Shown here in pieces: positions 48,915 through 61,600 of a DNA stretch of 64,000 bases. Each line of letters begins with the position of its first letter. Position 1 is the stretch's first letter. The notes under the pieces were generated by a model. The model was given only the letters and a program-made list of their open reading frames with translations. It did not search any database and was not told where the DNA came from. The translations under genes and the position numbers were made by a program. This DNA is from Ramazzottius varieornatus (taxonomy: Eukaryota; Animalia; Tardigrada), in NCBI GenBank assembly GCA_001949185.1, contig BDGG01000002.1, positions 8,236,448-8,300,447 of the forward strand. The letters run 5' to 3'.

Positions 48915-51900
48915 TCAGTTTTTCGATTGGTAATGTTGAGCCAGGATATTCCAGGCCGACTGGCCCATAAAACCCGCTGGCGGCGTCACGCCATCACGGG
49001 CGAACTGCCGCATCTTGGTCCCGGAGATATTGTTAAATTCATCTTTGCGTTGAGCATCAAAGAACTCCATCCGTTGGTTCTTGGTGTTGTAGGAGGCTTC
49101 TCGGAAGGGAATGATTTCCAGGTTCTGCAGACCCGGCGCCATGGTCAACACCTGGATGAGACCATTTCAGTATCGCAGTCGACACACCCATTCTTTACTT
49201 TAATTTGATTTTATGAATTCACTGATGCTCTTGGGACTTCGGCAAATGATCATTTTCTTAGATCACTTAGATCATTTTCTCAAGTGATGCACGCTCTCCA
49301 CCAGTTAAAATGTGCGCCAATCGAGAAGACAACCTCAAAAATTTTCAAAGTGGCGCACTCTCTAAGCCAACAACAACACAAAGGTGCGCCACGTGAAGTA
49401 ACGATCTGGGAGAAGGTTTTTGCCGACGTACTATTTATCATTTTTTACTTCATTCTTTCACTTTACTTTGTTTCATTTCATGTGTGAGAAGTGTTACCTT
49501 TGAGCCATGGGTAGCCACGTAGAGATCCTTCTTGGTTGCCGGGTGCGGCATGCCAGCAGGATCTCGGCCGACAATGTAAAAGTTGGCACCGGTCGCCATG
49601 CGAGCTTTGGCGTGCCACTGCACTTCCGTGGGACCAGCGTAGAGCATTGGCGACGGGAAGATAGACAGCACCGTCGACTTGGGGTCGAGAATACCCTCGT
49701 CCAGGACGGCATGATGCTGTCGCATGCGGACATCTAGTGGCACGTCGTCGTCTTTCGTCCATCCACCTGCAGACAAATCATAGTTTAATTAACCTGATAC
49801 AAACATTACTCAACTGCCAGCGGCGTTGGTCATAGTAAGACTGATCATTCGCCTCCAGCGCCTTCGCAACACGTTCTAGATCCCATCGGGATATTACCCT
49901 GCTTAACGACACTTTCTCACAATAAAAATTGGAGAGAAGGATTAAACCTTCTGATTCCTGCGAACAGAATTTACTGTTGAAACCTGTACATCAATGAAAA
50001 GATATTTGGGAATTCAGAATACTTGCTGGATACGCTTAAAATTTCAGCTCACTGAGCAGCTGAATATTCAAACAGTTTACGAAACATTTAAGTTACCCAG
50101 AGGATGGAGAAGGAGTGTGGGATTCTTGTAGCCGCGACCCAGTAGTTGTCGCCGAGTGTCTTGCATCAGCAATGCGTGGCCGTTGTGGATGGGGTTCCGT
50201 AATTGGAAGGCAAAAATCGCGTCGGCCTGCAACCGCAGAAAAACGTTGACACCGAAAACTCAACCTAGGAAAGAAAGAAAGGAAGGAGATGCACTGCAGA
50301 AAGAGTTACCCCGAGAGTATGGAATTTCTTTCGGAGCTCGTTGGGTGTCAGACGATATTCGTCCAACCCATCGTTCCAGCGAATTCTCTCCAGAACATCC
50401 AGCTCACCACCGACTAGCCAATCCCCACTCTCCATGATCATCTGCGAAACCTCAAGTTCTTTTTTGTTCTAACTTCTAGACAGGACACTTTGGTAATTTC
50501 TGGTGAAGTAACACAAGGTTGCTTCTGCAAGTGGTGCACACTGCCAGTTGACAACACTCGAAACGCGCGCCACTTGGGAAAACACCTAAATTCGCCAAGA
50601 TCGCTTCCTCAAGTGGCGCAGGCTTGCAGCAACCCCACTGAGTACGTGCGCGACTTGAAAGACAATCTTGTCGACTTTGTTTGCCCACCTCCCGTATTAT
50701 TGAACATGAACCTTAATGTAAGGATGGCCATCGTTAGTTGTGCCAAAGGTCCTAGCACACCGCTCTTCCTTCCTGTGCTCGTAAAACTCCGGACACCGTA
50801 AAATAGCCACTGGTTTCTGATTGTACGTCAAAGCGATGGCTTGCTGATCCTTCAGCCGTTCCTTGTCCTCTGTACTAACAGCGAGCACGATAGGGATGGA
50901 CTGGTTGATTGCTCGTCCATTCAGTAAGCTACAACGACGAAAGGCTCGTTAACGGCCGAACCGGAAGTCGGTCCGAGAAAGTCCCACCTGTTGAAATGTT
51001 GCGACTGTAGAAAGACGTCTTCGCGCATGAAGCCAGCCAACGGTGCAGCCCATCCTTCAGCCAGCACCTGGACCCACTGGAGATCGACCGTGTTGATGGA
51101 TAATGCGGGCAGTGAAGCAGCTTCCTGCGTGGCCGCCGCTTGGTAGGCCGCGGGGACGAAGAGCTCCTTGACGACGTCGACTGTGTGGGCTGTCACGATC
51201 TCCCGTTCCTCCAGCAGGCGCACCAGCTGCTCCACCGAAGCCTCAATGTTATAGTCGGCTGTACGGACGTCCAGGTCGGGAGTGAGCGGAGGCTCGTAAA
51301 CCGAATCGACACCCGTAAAATCTACCGGAAGTAAACTATTATCAGACTTTATATCGATAATAAAATATGGAGTGTTACAGGTCGATCCGAGTATACCTTT
51401 GATAAGGCCTTTGCGAGCTTTGAGGTAGAGTCCCTTGACGTCACGCTGTTCGCAGACAGATAAGGGAGCGTCGACAAAGATCTCCAGGAATGTCAGACCG
51501 TCCTTCTCGTGCACTCTCCGCGCGTTGTCACGATCCTAAAAGGAAATTCAACTGTGCCTCGATGAGAGTATTTGAGAGCGTTCTACGAACGTACTTTGGT
51601 GTAGGGACTAATGAAGGAAGTGATGCAAATGAGACCAGCATCAGCCATCAGCCTGGCCACTTCCGCCACTCGTCGAATATTCTCCTCACGATCCTCTTGC
51701 GTAAAGCCCAGGTTTTTGTTCAGACCATGGCGGATGTTGTCACCGTCCAAGACGTAGGCCGGAATACCGCGATTGCATAAGTAGTCCTCTAGGGCAAAGG
51801 CTAACGTCGACTTCCCCGCACCCGAATATCCTACAGACAAAAAATTGTAGTATTCGCGTTAAACCATTACACGCGATATAAAATCGACCATACATACTCG

Positions 51901-52197
51901 ACGCTGTTACGAACATTTCGAAGTATTATTTTTCGTTCTCGTTTGTAAATCTGCTGAACAAGATAAATATTACCGGTAAACCAGATGGTACAGCCCCGGA
52001 ATCCAGCGCGATGTCCCATAATTTTATTCCGGGTCGACCGAGAGACTTGGTGCTGCATGGGATGGATATTAGTCGCCGGATTCTGAAATAAGAAATATAT
52101 GACATTATTAGAACGTCGAACAGTCCCTAAGATTAACATCGCTGTAGATTACTCCGCGAATTCCATAAGGATCCGACGATGTGGCCAGAGTTCCCAT
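48915..52197 (-). CDS. PAPSS: Bifunctional 3'-phosphoadenosine 5'-phosphosulfate synthase (APS kinase plus ATP sulfurylase)
   Basis: [11 protein letters not shown]|YSGAGKST P-loop, [65 protein letters not shown] (HxGH), [37 protein letters not shown]; multi-exon. Confidence 0.95.
49236..49428. repeat. IPE 17, double unit
   Basis: In PAPSS intron 49152-49497; ends TCGGCAAA/TTTGCCGA; cores 49284-49320 (shortened) and 49350-49392. Confidence 0.85.
50500..50690. repeat. IPE 18, double unit
   Basis: In PAPSS intron ~50443-50711; cores 50531-50573 and 50613-50654. Confidence 0.88.
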
Positions 52198-54442
52198 TCT
52201 GCAGGCTCAGTCGTAGAGCAAGAGCAAGCACGCCGAGGCTATCCGCGAGAAAGGCAGTAGTTTCCCCCACGAAGAAAGCAAACGCTGAAAGCTAGCTTTT
52301 CGTTATTCGCACTGGAACCTTCTCTCTTATTATGTACTCGAGCAGAACACGGCAGCACTTGTAGCTGTTTTCTCTTTTGATAACACGAATGCCCTGCAGG
52401 TGCTGCCATAAGTGCCGTTGCTTCGAGGGTCTGATAAGAAGCACCATGATTCCTTCCTTCAAGCTTCCGCGACGCGCAAACGAGCCCTTATTATGTCTCA
52501 GCCTATACTCACGTCATCCTGTCACCGTGACGGAGAGAAGTGTCTCTTCCTGTCAAAGCCCCGCTATCTAATCTGCCGATCCGTTTACGATCTACAGTAC
52601 TGCTACTGAACCAAGGCTAAACACGAAACATAAACTTGGTAGACTTACTCTGTACACTGAGTCCGATGCATCGCCACCTCCGCCAAACGATCTCATTGGC
52701 CTTTCCGGAAATCCGTCGTGGGTGCTCATCATGAGTGGCAGATCCAAGATGGCAAAAGCTCAGCTGGAGGCAGAAGATCAGCTGGAAAAGACTAGGGATA
52801 GTCCATACAAATAGACTTCCGTCCACTGTGATGATCGTCATGGTAATTACAGAGATTGCGAAACCCAGGGTTCGAGTCCGAAAGATTTTCGCATAACCAC
52901 ACATCAGTCAAGGGAAAGAAAAGATCCAGTTTTCAGCTTTGGGATTAAGAGCGCTCATCTCTTAACACCGTTCAGTACCTTCCTCAGAAGATCTCTAAAA
53001 TTACAGGAGAGTATGAGGAATATGAAAACGCTTTCGAGGATGGAACAGGTGAAGCAGAAAACTTCAGACAGATGCTTAAGCCAGGGCACTTTAATTCGAT
53101 TTCATTCAGCCTGGATATTACGCGAGTTACCAGACTGCTCACCAGATCGTAGAAACTTAACTACTGTACTCGTATCGCCGTTCAGTCAGAAGAATCTATT
53201 CTCGATTAGGCAACTCTGTTAACAGTACTTTCGGTCAGATAATACTTGATCTTTCGTTCCATGGCTGATCACAGTGATGAGAATGTTGCTGTGGTAAGTT
53301 AGTGGTATGGTTAACACAGACCAACACATTGTGGCGAGGGGCTCGCTGTCCCGTGCTTTTGAATTTGTCTCAAACGTGCTACGCACTTGAGCTTTCATTA
53401 AGTTTGTGCATTCCAAGATCCATTCCTCTCCATATTCCGTTCCTTTCCAGGAATTCCTCTCCGTTCCAAGGGGTGAATCGTACCTCATCTGACATTGCGG
53501 TACGCACTGGAACGGTTAGGACTTTCTCCCAGTTTTTCTGGAAGTTTTCTGGGATATTGGGATTTTTTGGGATAGTGAACTTTTTTGGGGTATTCTAGAA
53601 CTTCTCTGAGCTAGACGACAGCCGACCCGTCCTTAAGATGAACAGACAGTCCATGCTCTGACCTGCATCCCTGTCGTTCGTACACGGTGTAAGAACGACA
53701 GGATACGCAGATCCGGTGTTAACTTGGGCAAAGGATCATGCTTTCAGGGCGTGGTTTTTCCAGAAAACTTCTAAATTGCTGAGCACTCAAGAGTAAATGT
53801 ATGCAAAACATAGTGAACTGGAAAGCGGGCTTTGACCTGTACTGCATTACTTTCCTGCCCGTTTTTCCTAAGTATATCCACAGGCTTCACAACATCTCGC
53901 TGACATTTTGCACGGTTATACGTTCCACAACCTGTTACAAAACGCGTCAAAGGTTGTCTGGGTTTTTCGCTTTAGCTCAGAACGTCGAATGGCACTCTGA
54001 AAAACAACGGTGTGTGAGATGAGCACGCTCAGCAACTACTAGTTCACATTACACACCGTAGGTAATCCTTTTGGGGGTGGACGAGGCGCTTTCCCTGTCG
54101 ATGGTACACTGGTACGATCGACAGAGTCACCACGTCCATGCATGTGACAGCGTGGTCATTACACTAAAGTGTTTGCCCGGCTCACAATGTGTCAATTCAA
54201 GTTTGGATCAGTTTTACAAGCGGCACGCAGTGGAAGCGCTCTGTACCTTCCCCGAATTTTTCTGGAATTTTTCCAGATTTCTTTGGATTTTTTTCAAGTC
54301 ACGTTATGTGTCGTGTCATATTTCATGATATATGCCATGCCATGTAATATCACATATGAAATATCATGTACACTGACGTCACATCACGTGGTCCATGCGT
54401 TACCGTTTACAGTCATCAGCTGGGGTGAACGACATTCAGTTA

Positions 54443-56201
54443 CTGTACTCCCGCGATACACACGCCATACTTCCCTCTGTATTAGGAAAAGTAGTACTGC
54501 AAGTAAAAAAGTACCGTAGCGTTAACTGAGCTGATTGTCTGATCAGCTTGTTCTTTTGACCTGTTGAATTTCTGTTTTCTGTGTTTCCGGTGAAAGAGTC
54601 TGAACACTGCTTTACTTTGGTATCCTCCCTTGAACTCTACCTTTTTTGCCTATCATAATGGGGACATTTAGAACCCGCTCGGTGTACAGAGTATCGGAAG
54701 CTGTAAGGAACTTGAGAGCTATGGCGGAAAGCGGGATGTCGATGTGGTCTTACGCGAAGGTGGTGAAAATTCCAAGGACAACGATCAGAGATTGGAAGTG
54801 AGTGACTTCGATGATCAAATATTTTGAAATGGAGTTGTCTCTTATGATGACAATATTTCAGAAAAAAGCTACCGGAAGGAACTTTCAAAGGCCGCAGAAA
54901 ACCCATGTTTCAAGATGTGGAAAAGCGAGTGTACCACGAGGTGATCAAGACTAGAAACGTCAGCTTACCTGTACGCGACTCCGACCTTCGAAAGTGGGCA
55001 GCGCAAATCGCGAAAGATTTGAACGTGAAAAATTTCAGGGTATCAAACGGTTGGATATATAGCCTGAAGAAGCGATACCGTCTGAGTTATCGGGCAACAA
55101 CAAAAGTGAGCAGAAAAACGACGAAGACGGCAGCGGATGAGGTACAACAATAGTTTGCTTTTGTACCAAAATCTTGATGTTCTGTCAGGCTTTCTTATTT
55201 TCGAAATTTAAACGTTTAGCTGAAGATCTGTTCTTACAGCTTGAAGAACATGTCTTCATGGAACGCGTAGAGGAAATTTTTGGCGTAAACAATACTCATC
55301 CTAGCCGGATCATCAACTTCGACCAGACAAGCGTTCTTCTGCAAAATACTTACGGGAAGACGTTGTCTCCTATTGGAGTGAAGCAAGTGCACGTCATTCA
55401 ACCTCCAGGGGAAAAGGAACGGTTTACTGTTGGGCTTGCTGTAACGGGAGACGGACAGAAGTTTCCTGCTGCCATCGTCTTCAAAGGCGGCGTGAAGACT
55501 GGACAGTTGTCGGCGAACATTCTAGGAAAACTGAAAATTCCTGATAACGTTCGCGTTTTCAGTACGCGTACTGCTTGGTGGAATTCGAGGATCGATCACG
55601 AATGGATAAAGCAGTCGTTCGAGGAAGATACTCAGAACACCTTGTACCTCATTCGAGACCATTTTGCAGCTCATCTGAAATTCGAAAGCAGAGAACTTCT
55701 AGAAAGCAGGAACGTCGATCAAGTTTTCATTCCTCGAGGAATGACTGGCACTTATCAGCCGCTAGACGTGGGCATAAACGCTCCATTTAAGGCTAACCTG
55801 AAGCGAGCGTATCATGAATGGCGAAAAGAACGAGCAGAGTTGACAGGTAAAGGATACCTTCGTAAACCCTCCCGACAGGACTTCATCGACTTCGTGTCTC
55901 AAGCTTGGGCAGATGTGAATCCAGAAACAATCGAGAACGCGTTCGTGGGGGCTCAAATTCTACCTGAACCAACATATATGATTGCTAATGAACAAACTTC
56001 TGTAGAGAATGATGAAGCGCCATTGGAATTTAGCTTTAGTTCGATCGAAGAGAACAGTGGTGACGAAGTGGCGGAAGATTCCTCTTTAGAGTACAGCTTT
56101 TCGACTGATTATTGATTCAATAAAGTTCAAATTTTCTGCCCCCGGGAGGTGCACATTCCTGACGTACGTACGAGTATGGCGTGTGTATCGCGGGAGTACA
56201 G
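54443..56201 (+). mobile_element. Intact pogo-superfamily (DD35D) DNA transposon, 1759 bp
   Basis: Perfect 29-bp TIRs CTGTACTCCCGCGATACACACGCCATACT (54443-54471 / 56173-56201), TA on both sides; encloses a spliced transposase gene. Confidence 0.92.
54658..56115 (+). CDS. pogo/Tigger-type transposase (HTH, CENP-B HTH, DDE_1), 3 exons
   Basis: Exons ~54658-54797, 54861-55141, 55240-56115 splice in frame. FRVSNGWIYSLKKRY CENP-B HTH; catalytic INFDQT, LIRDHF, YQPLDVG with 35 residues between 2nd and 3rd Asp. AATAAA just after the stop. Confidence 0.88.
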
Positions 56202-56203
56202 TA

Positions 56204-56339
56204 CTGTAAAAACCCGCTGTGTCCGCGCAAAACGTCATCGTACACGTGAAGCAGAGACCCGGTCCGGCTTTACTGCCTGTTCAACCCCCTACGGGGGGGG
56301 CATCGTTCCGTACTGCGCGGACGCAGCGGGTTTTCACAG
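56204..56339. mobile_element. 136-bp pogo-type MITE abutting the right end of the intact pogo element
   Basis: TA-CTGTAAAAACCCGCTGTGTCCGCGCA ... TGCGCGGACGCAGCGGGTTTTCACAG-TA. Confidence 0.8.
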
Positions 56340-56618
56340 TATCTACCGAAGATTAAGGCTCTCCTATAGTCTCGCTGAGACTACCGTCGACGCATGTCAA
56401 GGAATCAATGGGAAATACGTACCGCAAAAGCGAAATGCAAGCGAAAGTCCTTTGGACGCATTCTCATGTGGAGATACCCATGTGAAGTACTTATCACGAT
56501 CCTAGGAGGAGCCAGGAGGCACAGTCATTTGCCCCTGAACCCCTGGACCGGTGGACCCCTATCCTATAGAGCACAAGTTAAAGCGTCGAAAACGGGTTGG
56601 GATGGGGCAAAACGTGTA

Positions 56619-56875
56619 CAGTCCGGTCGTTCGAAATCTGTACCAAATTTTCGGATTTCAGTTTAGGGCTCGCCATACATCCACCATACTGCGTGCCAGG
56701 CTGAATGACAAAATCACATAACACATGCATTTCACCGTTCTTTAACTGGAGTAATCAGGTAATCAAGTCGCAAACAACCGGCTGTGTGAGCATGGCGAGC
56801 AGTGGGGTTAACGTTGAACGATTTTCGAGGTTTAGAAATCCGAAAATTTGGTACAGATTTCGAACGACCGGACTG
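56619..56875. mobile_element. MITE family A, second copy
   Basis: ~40-bp perfect TIR CAGTCCGGTCGTTCGAAATCTGTACCAAATTTTCGGATTT, TA flanks; interior homologous (inverted) to the 7015 copy (CACAGCCGGT..ATTAC.TGAT.AC.CCAGT). Confidence 0.88.
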
Positions 56876-57525
56876 TAGATCCAAATTTTTGACACGGTAA
56901 TGAAAATTCACGAGGGACAACTTGGCTGGAACGTGCTGTGTCTGACAAATGCGTAATATTCAACTTTAGCTTAGGTCTAGTTCGTGTGACGTGAGAATAT
57001 TGGTTTTACCCACTTGTTAGCGGGAGGTAATCAATCAATCGCCCAGTCAGTGTGTTTGACGCTCCAGCAGAGCCCCCTTCAGCAACACTTGTATGGCTGT
57101 GCTTGACTTTGCAAAGCCGTTTTGTGCTTTCGATTCTTCACTGGGCTAGTCTGGGTAAACCACCCGCGGAAGGTGCAGCCAGCGTTGGTCGGGTGATTTT
57201 CGCAGCGAATTAATCGGAATCACCGAAAACACAGAACGGCTTCGCAATATCCCAACCCTATGTAGATCGGCAGAACACGAACAAACATCCATATGCTTTA
57301 GTCGGACATCTGCACAGTGCACGCTTTGTTCCCACCTTGGAAATCCCGAACACAAATACCTCAGACGCCCGGCTATATACTCGGTACACAGCTCGGTCGA
57401 TGGTTTCCATCCGGATCGCGGGTCGTTCCGGAATTTTCGGGTCGACGGGGCTAGAAGGTGCCGCATGGACAAAGCTAACCGGCAGATACTGGTTAATAAT
57501 GGGTCGATCAAGGATGCTTATTCGT

Positions 57526-57575
57526 GCACAGGAAGACCAGGCACAGAAGGACCAGGCACAGAAGGACCAGGGCAC
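57526..57575. repeat. 15-bp tandem repeat x3
   Basis: GCACAGAAGGACCAG unit. Confidence 0.8.
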
Positions 57576-58568
57576 TTTTGACTAACCGACCGGTCAATCC
57601 AAGTTTCTCACCAGTTCCTCGTTACAAAACGTTTTTCGTAATTTTTTCTCGCAGTCGTTTTCCATAAGTATCAAGCATCGCTGGATAGAGTGATGTTCTC
57701 TCTATCGCACGGTGTGGATTGCGAAATCATGCTCGAGAGCCCTGCTGTCAGACCTTCATTCCCTTAAACATGTGCAGCAAGAACCGAAGAGAAAACACGA
57801 TCACGGGGGAACATACGCGCAGCGTGCCCTAGTAAAAGTGTGCGACCATTACAGCTTACAAATAACACAAGCAGACAAAAACGGCAGAAGAGGAAACAGA
57901 CGACTGTTGGTGAATCTTTCGGAGAAGACATCAGAAATAACACATCTAAACCAAAAGAAGAACCCTGGAACTCGTCTCTTTTCACCGTCGAGTCACCGCT
58001 GTGTGGATGTACGTATGTCTATAAGAAGTATTTTTGTAAGTCGTGGGTTCAAATATGTCACTGTCAATGATAACTGCACCAAACCCTCTAGTACTACGAA
58101 AGCTTTTCCCAAGTTGCTAGCATTACATTCAGTTTCAGTTCCAGTTCCTCCGATGATATCTATCCCAGCGTCACGTTCCAAAGTTGAAGAAGAAAAACGT
58201 TTCTTTCGACCAACGCAGTATGCTGATACTGCCCTCCACCAGAAAGAGAACGCACTCTATGCTGGGGTGTATAACTTGGAACAGGCGTGAATTTCTACAT
58301 GTGATAGTCACGTTATTAGTGAAGCTGTTTTTGTTAGCTTTCAGCATACCTGTGCGCAGGATAGTAAAGGCGAGAAACACCGGGATCGGACCATATCGCT
58401 TCGCAAACATGGAAGCTTAGCAACTTTTAGCGCAACTATGAACTGGAGAGTCTCCGTACACCCCCAATAACCACCATTGACTCCGCACACCACCTTTTGC
58501 CACCGTAGTCTCCTGATACCACCTCTGCACCACCTATTGTTCACCACGACAAGTCAATTGTAATTCGC

Positions 58569-58650
58569 AGTTGATTTGTCGCGGGAATTACAATTGATTT
58601 GTCGTGATGAACAATTGATTTGTCGTGGTGAACAAGTGATTTGTCGTGTT
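58569..58650. repeat. Minisatellite, ~21-bp unit x4
   Basis: (C)AATTGATTTGTCGTGRTGAAC-like unit in tandem. Confidence 0.8.
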
Positions 58651-61600
58651 GATTCGTCGTTTACTCTGTACACCACATTTGTTTTCAAAGGGGAACAAAG
58701 ACGCTTGTAGGTGAAAGTCCAAAGACTGGTTCTCCGGACATTCACCACTGTGCAGGCCTTCGCCCTTATCAAAGGCTCAAAATCAAGAACAACGTATTTC
58801 CGACAAGGGAATTACGCGTGTGCTCCGTCTCTGAGTCAGAAACTGAGACGGCAGAAAGATAGAGAACAGTCTGTTCTACATACTGACACGGGCCAATAGG
58901 GCTTAAAAAAATCCTCTAAGACACCACCTTAGTCAGAAGTGACGTCAGAAACAGGGCGGATCATAAGTGTACTACCAAATGAACCCATTTGATTGCCTGA
59001 TGGTTGATAGGGTATTGATTGATCGAACGAAGTTTGCACTGTACGCTCAGCTGGTTGCAGCTAGTTTTACTGTATCTGTAATCTGTTACTTCGTTCCTCT
59101 TACTTTTCCGTTTCGCTACTGTTCATCATGTCCAACTGGTGGACCCTTTTTGCCTATCTCGTGTGTCACAATGCAACGTATATTATATGTGAGCTTCTGA
59201 GTAAAGGCTAGAAACACCAGGATCGGACCATATCGCTTCGCAAACAAGCATACATAATTTTTAACCGGCATGGTTTGAGTCCTAACCTAGCTCCACACGA
59301 TGATATGATTCGCTACCATCTTCCTTTGCCCGCTCTTGAAAGAAAAATTCGGAAAAAGGGTGGAAAAACCTTCTTCGTTTGCGGTTGAATCAAGATTTTC
59401 TACCAGTTATCTACGCACGGGTTCAGGACTTGCCGCCTGAGAACAAGGAGTGTTGGTATACAACATGACTTATGCCGGAGAACTTAAACAACAACTAAAA
59501 AATATGCAAAAAATATTTTAATTCAATCCTTCGAAAAGTGACAAGTCACACTTCCGCACCTAATAGTTCCTAGGTGGCGACGCATCTGCACACTGCCGGC
59601 ACAAAACGTTTTGTGCATCGTAGCTTTTAGCACAAATATGATATTTGACACGCGTCAAATGTGACGGTACCGGTTCGGTACCTAAATGTTCGGTACAAGG
59701 AGCGAGGTCTTACTTTGCTCAGTGCACAACTTTGCGCACCTACGTTACGTCTACGTCCAAAGCCTAAGAAGCCTGCGCATGGCTCGTAACGTATGGTGAG
59801 CAAAGTTGTACGCTGAGCACAGTAAGACCTTGCTCCTCGTACGCTTAGAATTGAAGCGGTAAAAAAAATCGAGGCTGATTGTGACGAAAATAAACTCTTG
59901 CTGACGAAGTAAACCGAAAGTTGGACGAATTGGGAATTGGCACCCGCATACTGCTTACATGGCAAGCATTCACAGTACTGGACCATCCAAGCCCAAACCA
60001 TCAACTGCTCCGTGACTACACCTACCCTGGCGACTCCACGCCCTCGGTCAATCGGTTATCATGTCGATATCCACAAATAAAATATCTGCTTCAATCGTAG
60101 AGTGAAACTTTCAAGTATCGACATTATTTTCAACCGATCAAATTCTCCCTGCTTTCAAAGCCCGCAAGATTTGCCGCGCTATGGTGCTGCGTTACTTTCC
60201 ACCGTAACAAATATTGCAGATTCTCCTTCCGCAAAACGTTTTTCTGGAGTGTGCAGTTCTTCACAGAAACGCTGCACCACTGTAGGTGATCGATCACCTG
60301 TAGTGTATTTCGATGACATTTTACGCGTAAATTGAAGAACACTGGCACATTTTCCAGCTATCTACAGATCCTTTCTTATCTGAGCGATCAGCGCCCTCGA
60401 CGGTGGGTCATAAAGAAAGCTGGGCGGCAGGTTCGCCCTTAGATGGCAGCATCAGTCTGGCCAACCATCGGTGACAGTGATCCAGTCGGTATCACTCACG
60501 GGCTGGAAACCGGGTATCCGCTGCGGTGAGAAATAAGGTGACACAGTTTTTTCAGGTTTCTGCAATTTTGGGATGGTAGCAGTGTAAGTTTCCCGACGTT
60601 CAAGGTGACATTTGCCATCGGATGCGACCTGCACTTTGAAGTTCTGATTATTCAGTCTATTGACTAGGAAATGCGCAGATTAATTAAAAATCAGCTCACA
60701 TATCTTGCGATTAACCAAGTGACGTGTTCGGCGTTTTAGAGTCGCTGCGTGCCGCTCGTTCCAAATTCACGTTCCAAATTCTCCACATGACTCCCCAGCT
60801 GCAATGAAGCTCAAACAGGAAACGCTCAAATAGTTGATAAGACGACCGATGATCTGATTCTATGAGTCGGCTGACAGAACCAGCAGCGATTTCGCACATT
60901 CCAGAGCAGTGCGCTGCAGTAATCTGCAGGTTGTGTCGTACTGATACTTCAACCATGAAACTGGGAATCCTTATTCGGAGAGAATAACATACACTCGAAA
61001 AATGAAGAAGCAGCGATACAGGAATCCTAAGATGTATATATTCCTATCCCCTGACATTTTCGTACGGTCTTACGTTCGGTTGTCTGTGGTTTAGACTCCT
61101 AAAAGTTTTTCTTAGTTTTCGGAACGCTCCAGCGGGCGGACACGCGCGGTTTTTGCGTTTTTATTTTGACCTAAGTTTGTGATAAATTTTTCGGTTTTGG
61201 GAAGTATTTTGCATTCATCAAGCAAAGAGCTTTGCTTAGCAATGTAAGGCTTTGTAAGCTGTATCAACCGGCAAGCAAAGACGCTCCTTACTCCAAGCTG
61301 CTAGTGTTTGACCTTGAACTCCATATAGCAGCAGCTTGTGTCAAGTCCTACGTACAATTCCTACAATCATGACAAGCGAAGCGCAAATCTATCAGTGTGA
61401 AAACAACGACAAGCTAAAGCTGATCGTGTAGAGTGTCATCGTTCCGGTGCGAAGCGTGAGCGCGAAGGAGAGGTATCCTCAGATTCAACTAGCCAGCAAA
61501 AGAAGCTAATCAGGGCTCCGCCGGTCAAACAATGCAATTCCCTCGATGTGGCCTTTCGTTATTCTGATCGAACTCCGCATATCCAAAACTGTTACTCGAT

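Noticed and set aside
1732-50711. Introner (intron-generating transposon) interpretation of the palindrome-bearing introns
   Set aside because: Splice sites and the sequence between them and the element are not shared among copies, and what remains after removing the element is a normal-sized short intron. The element lies within introns rather than constituting them.
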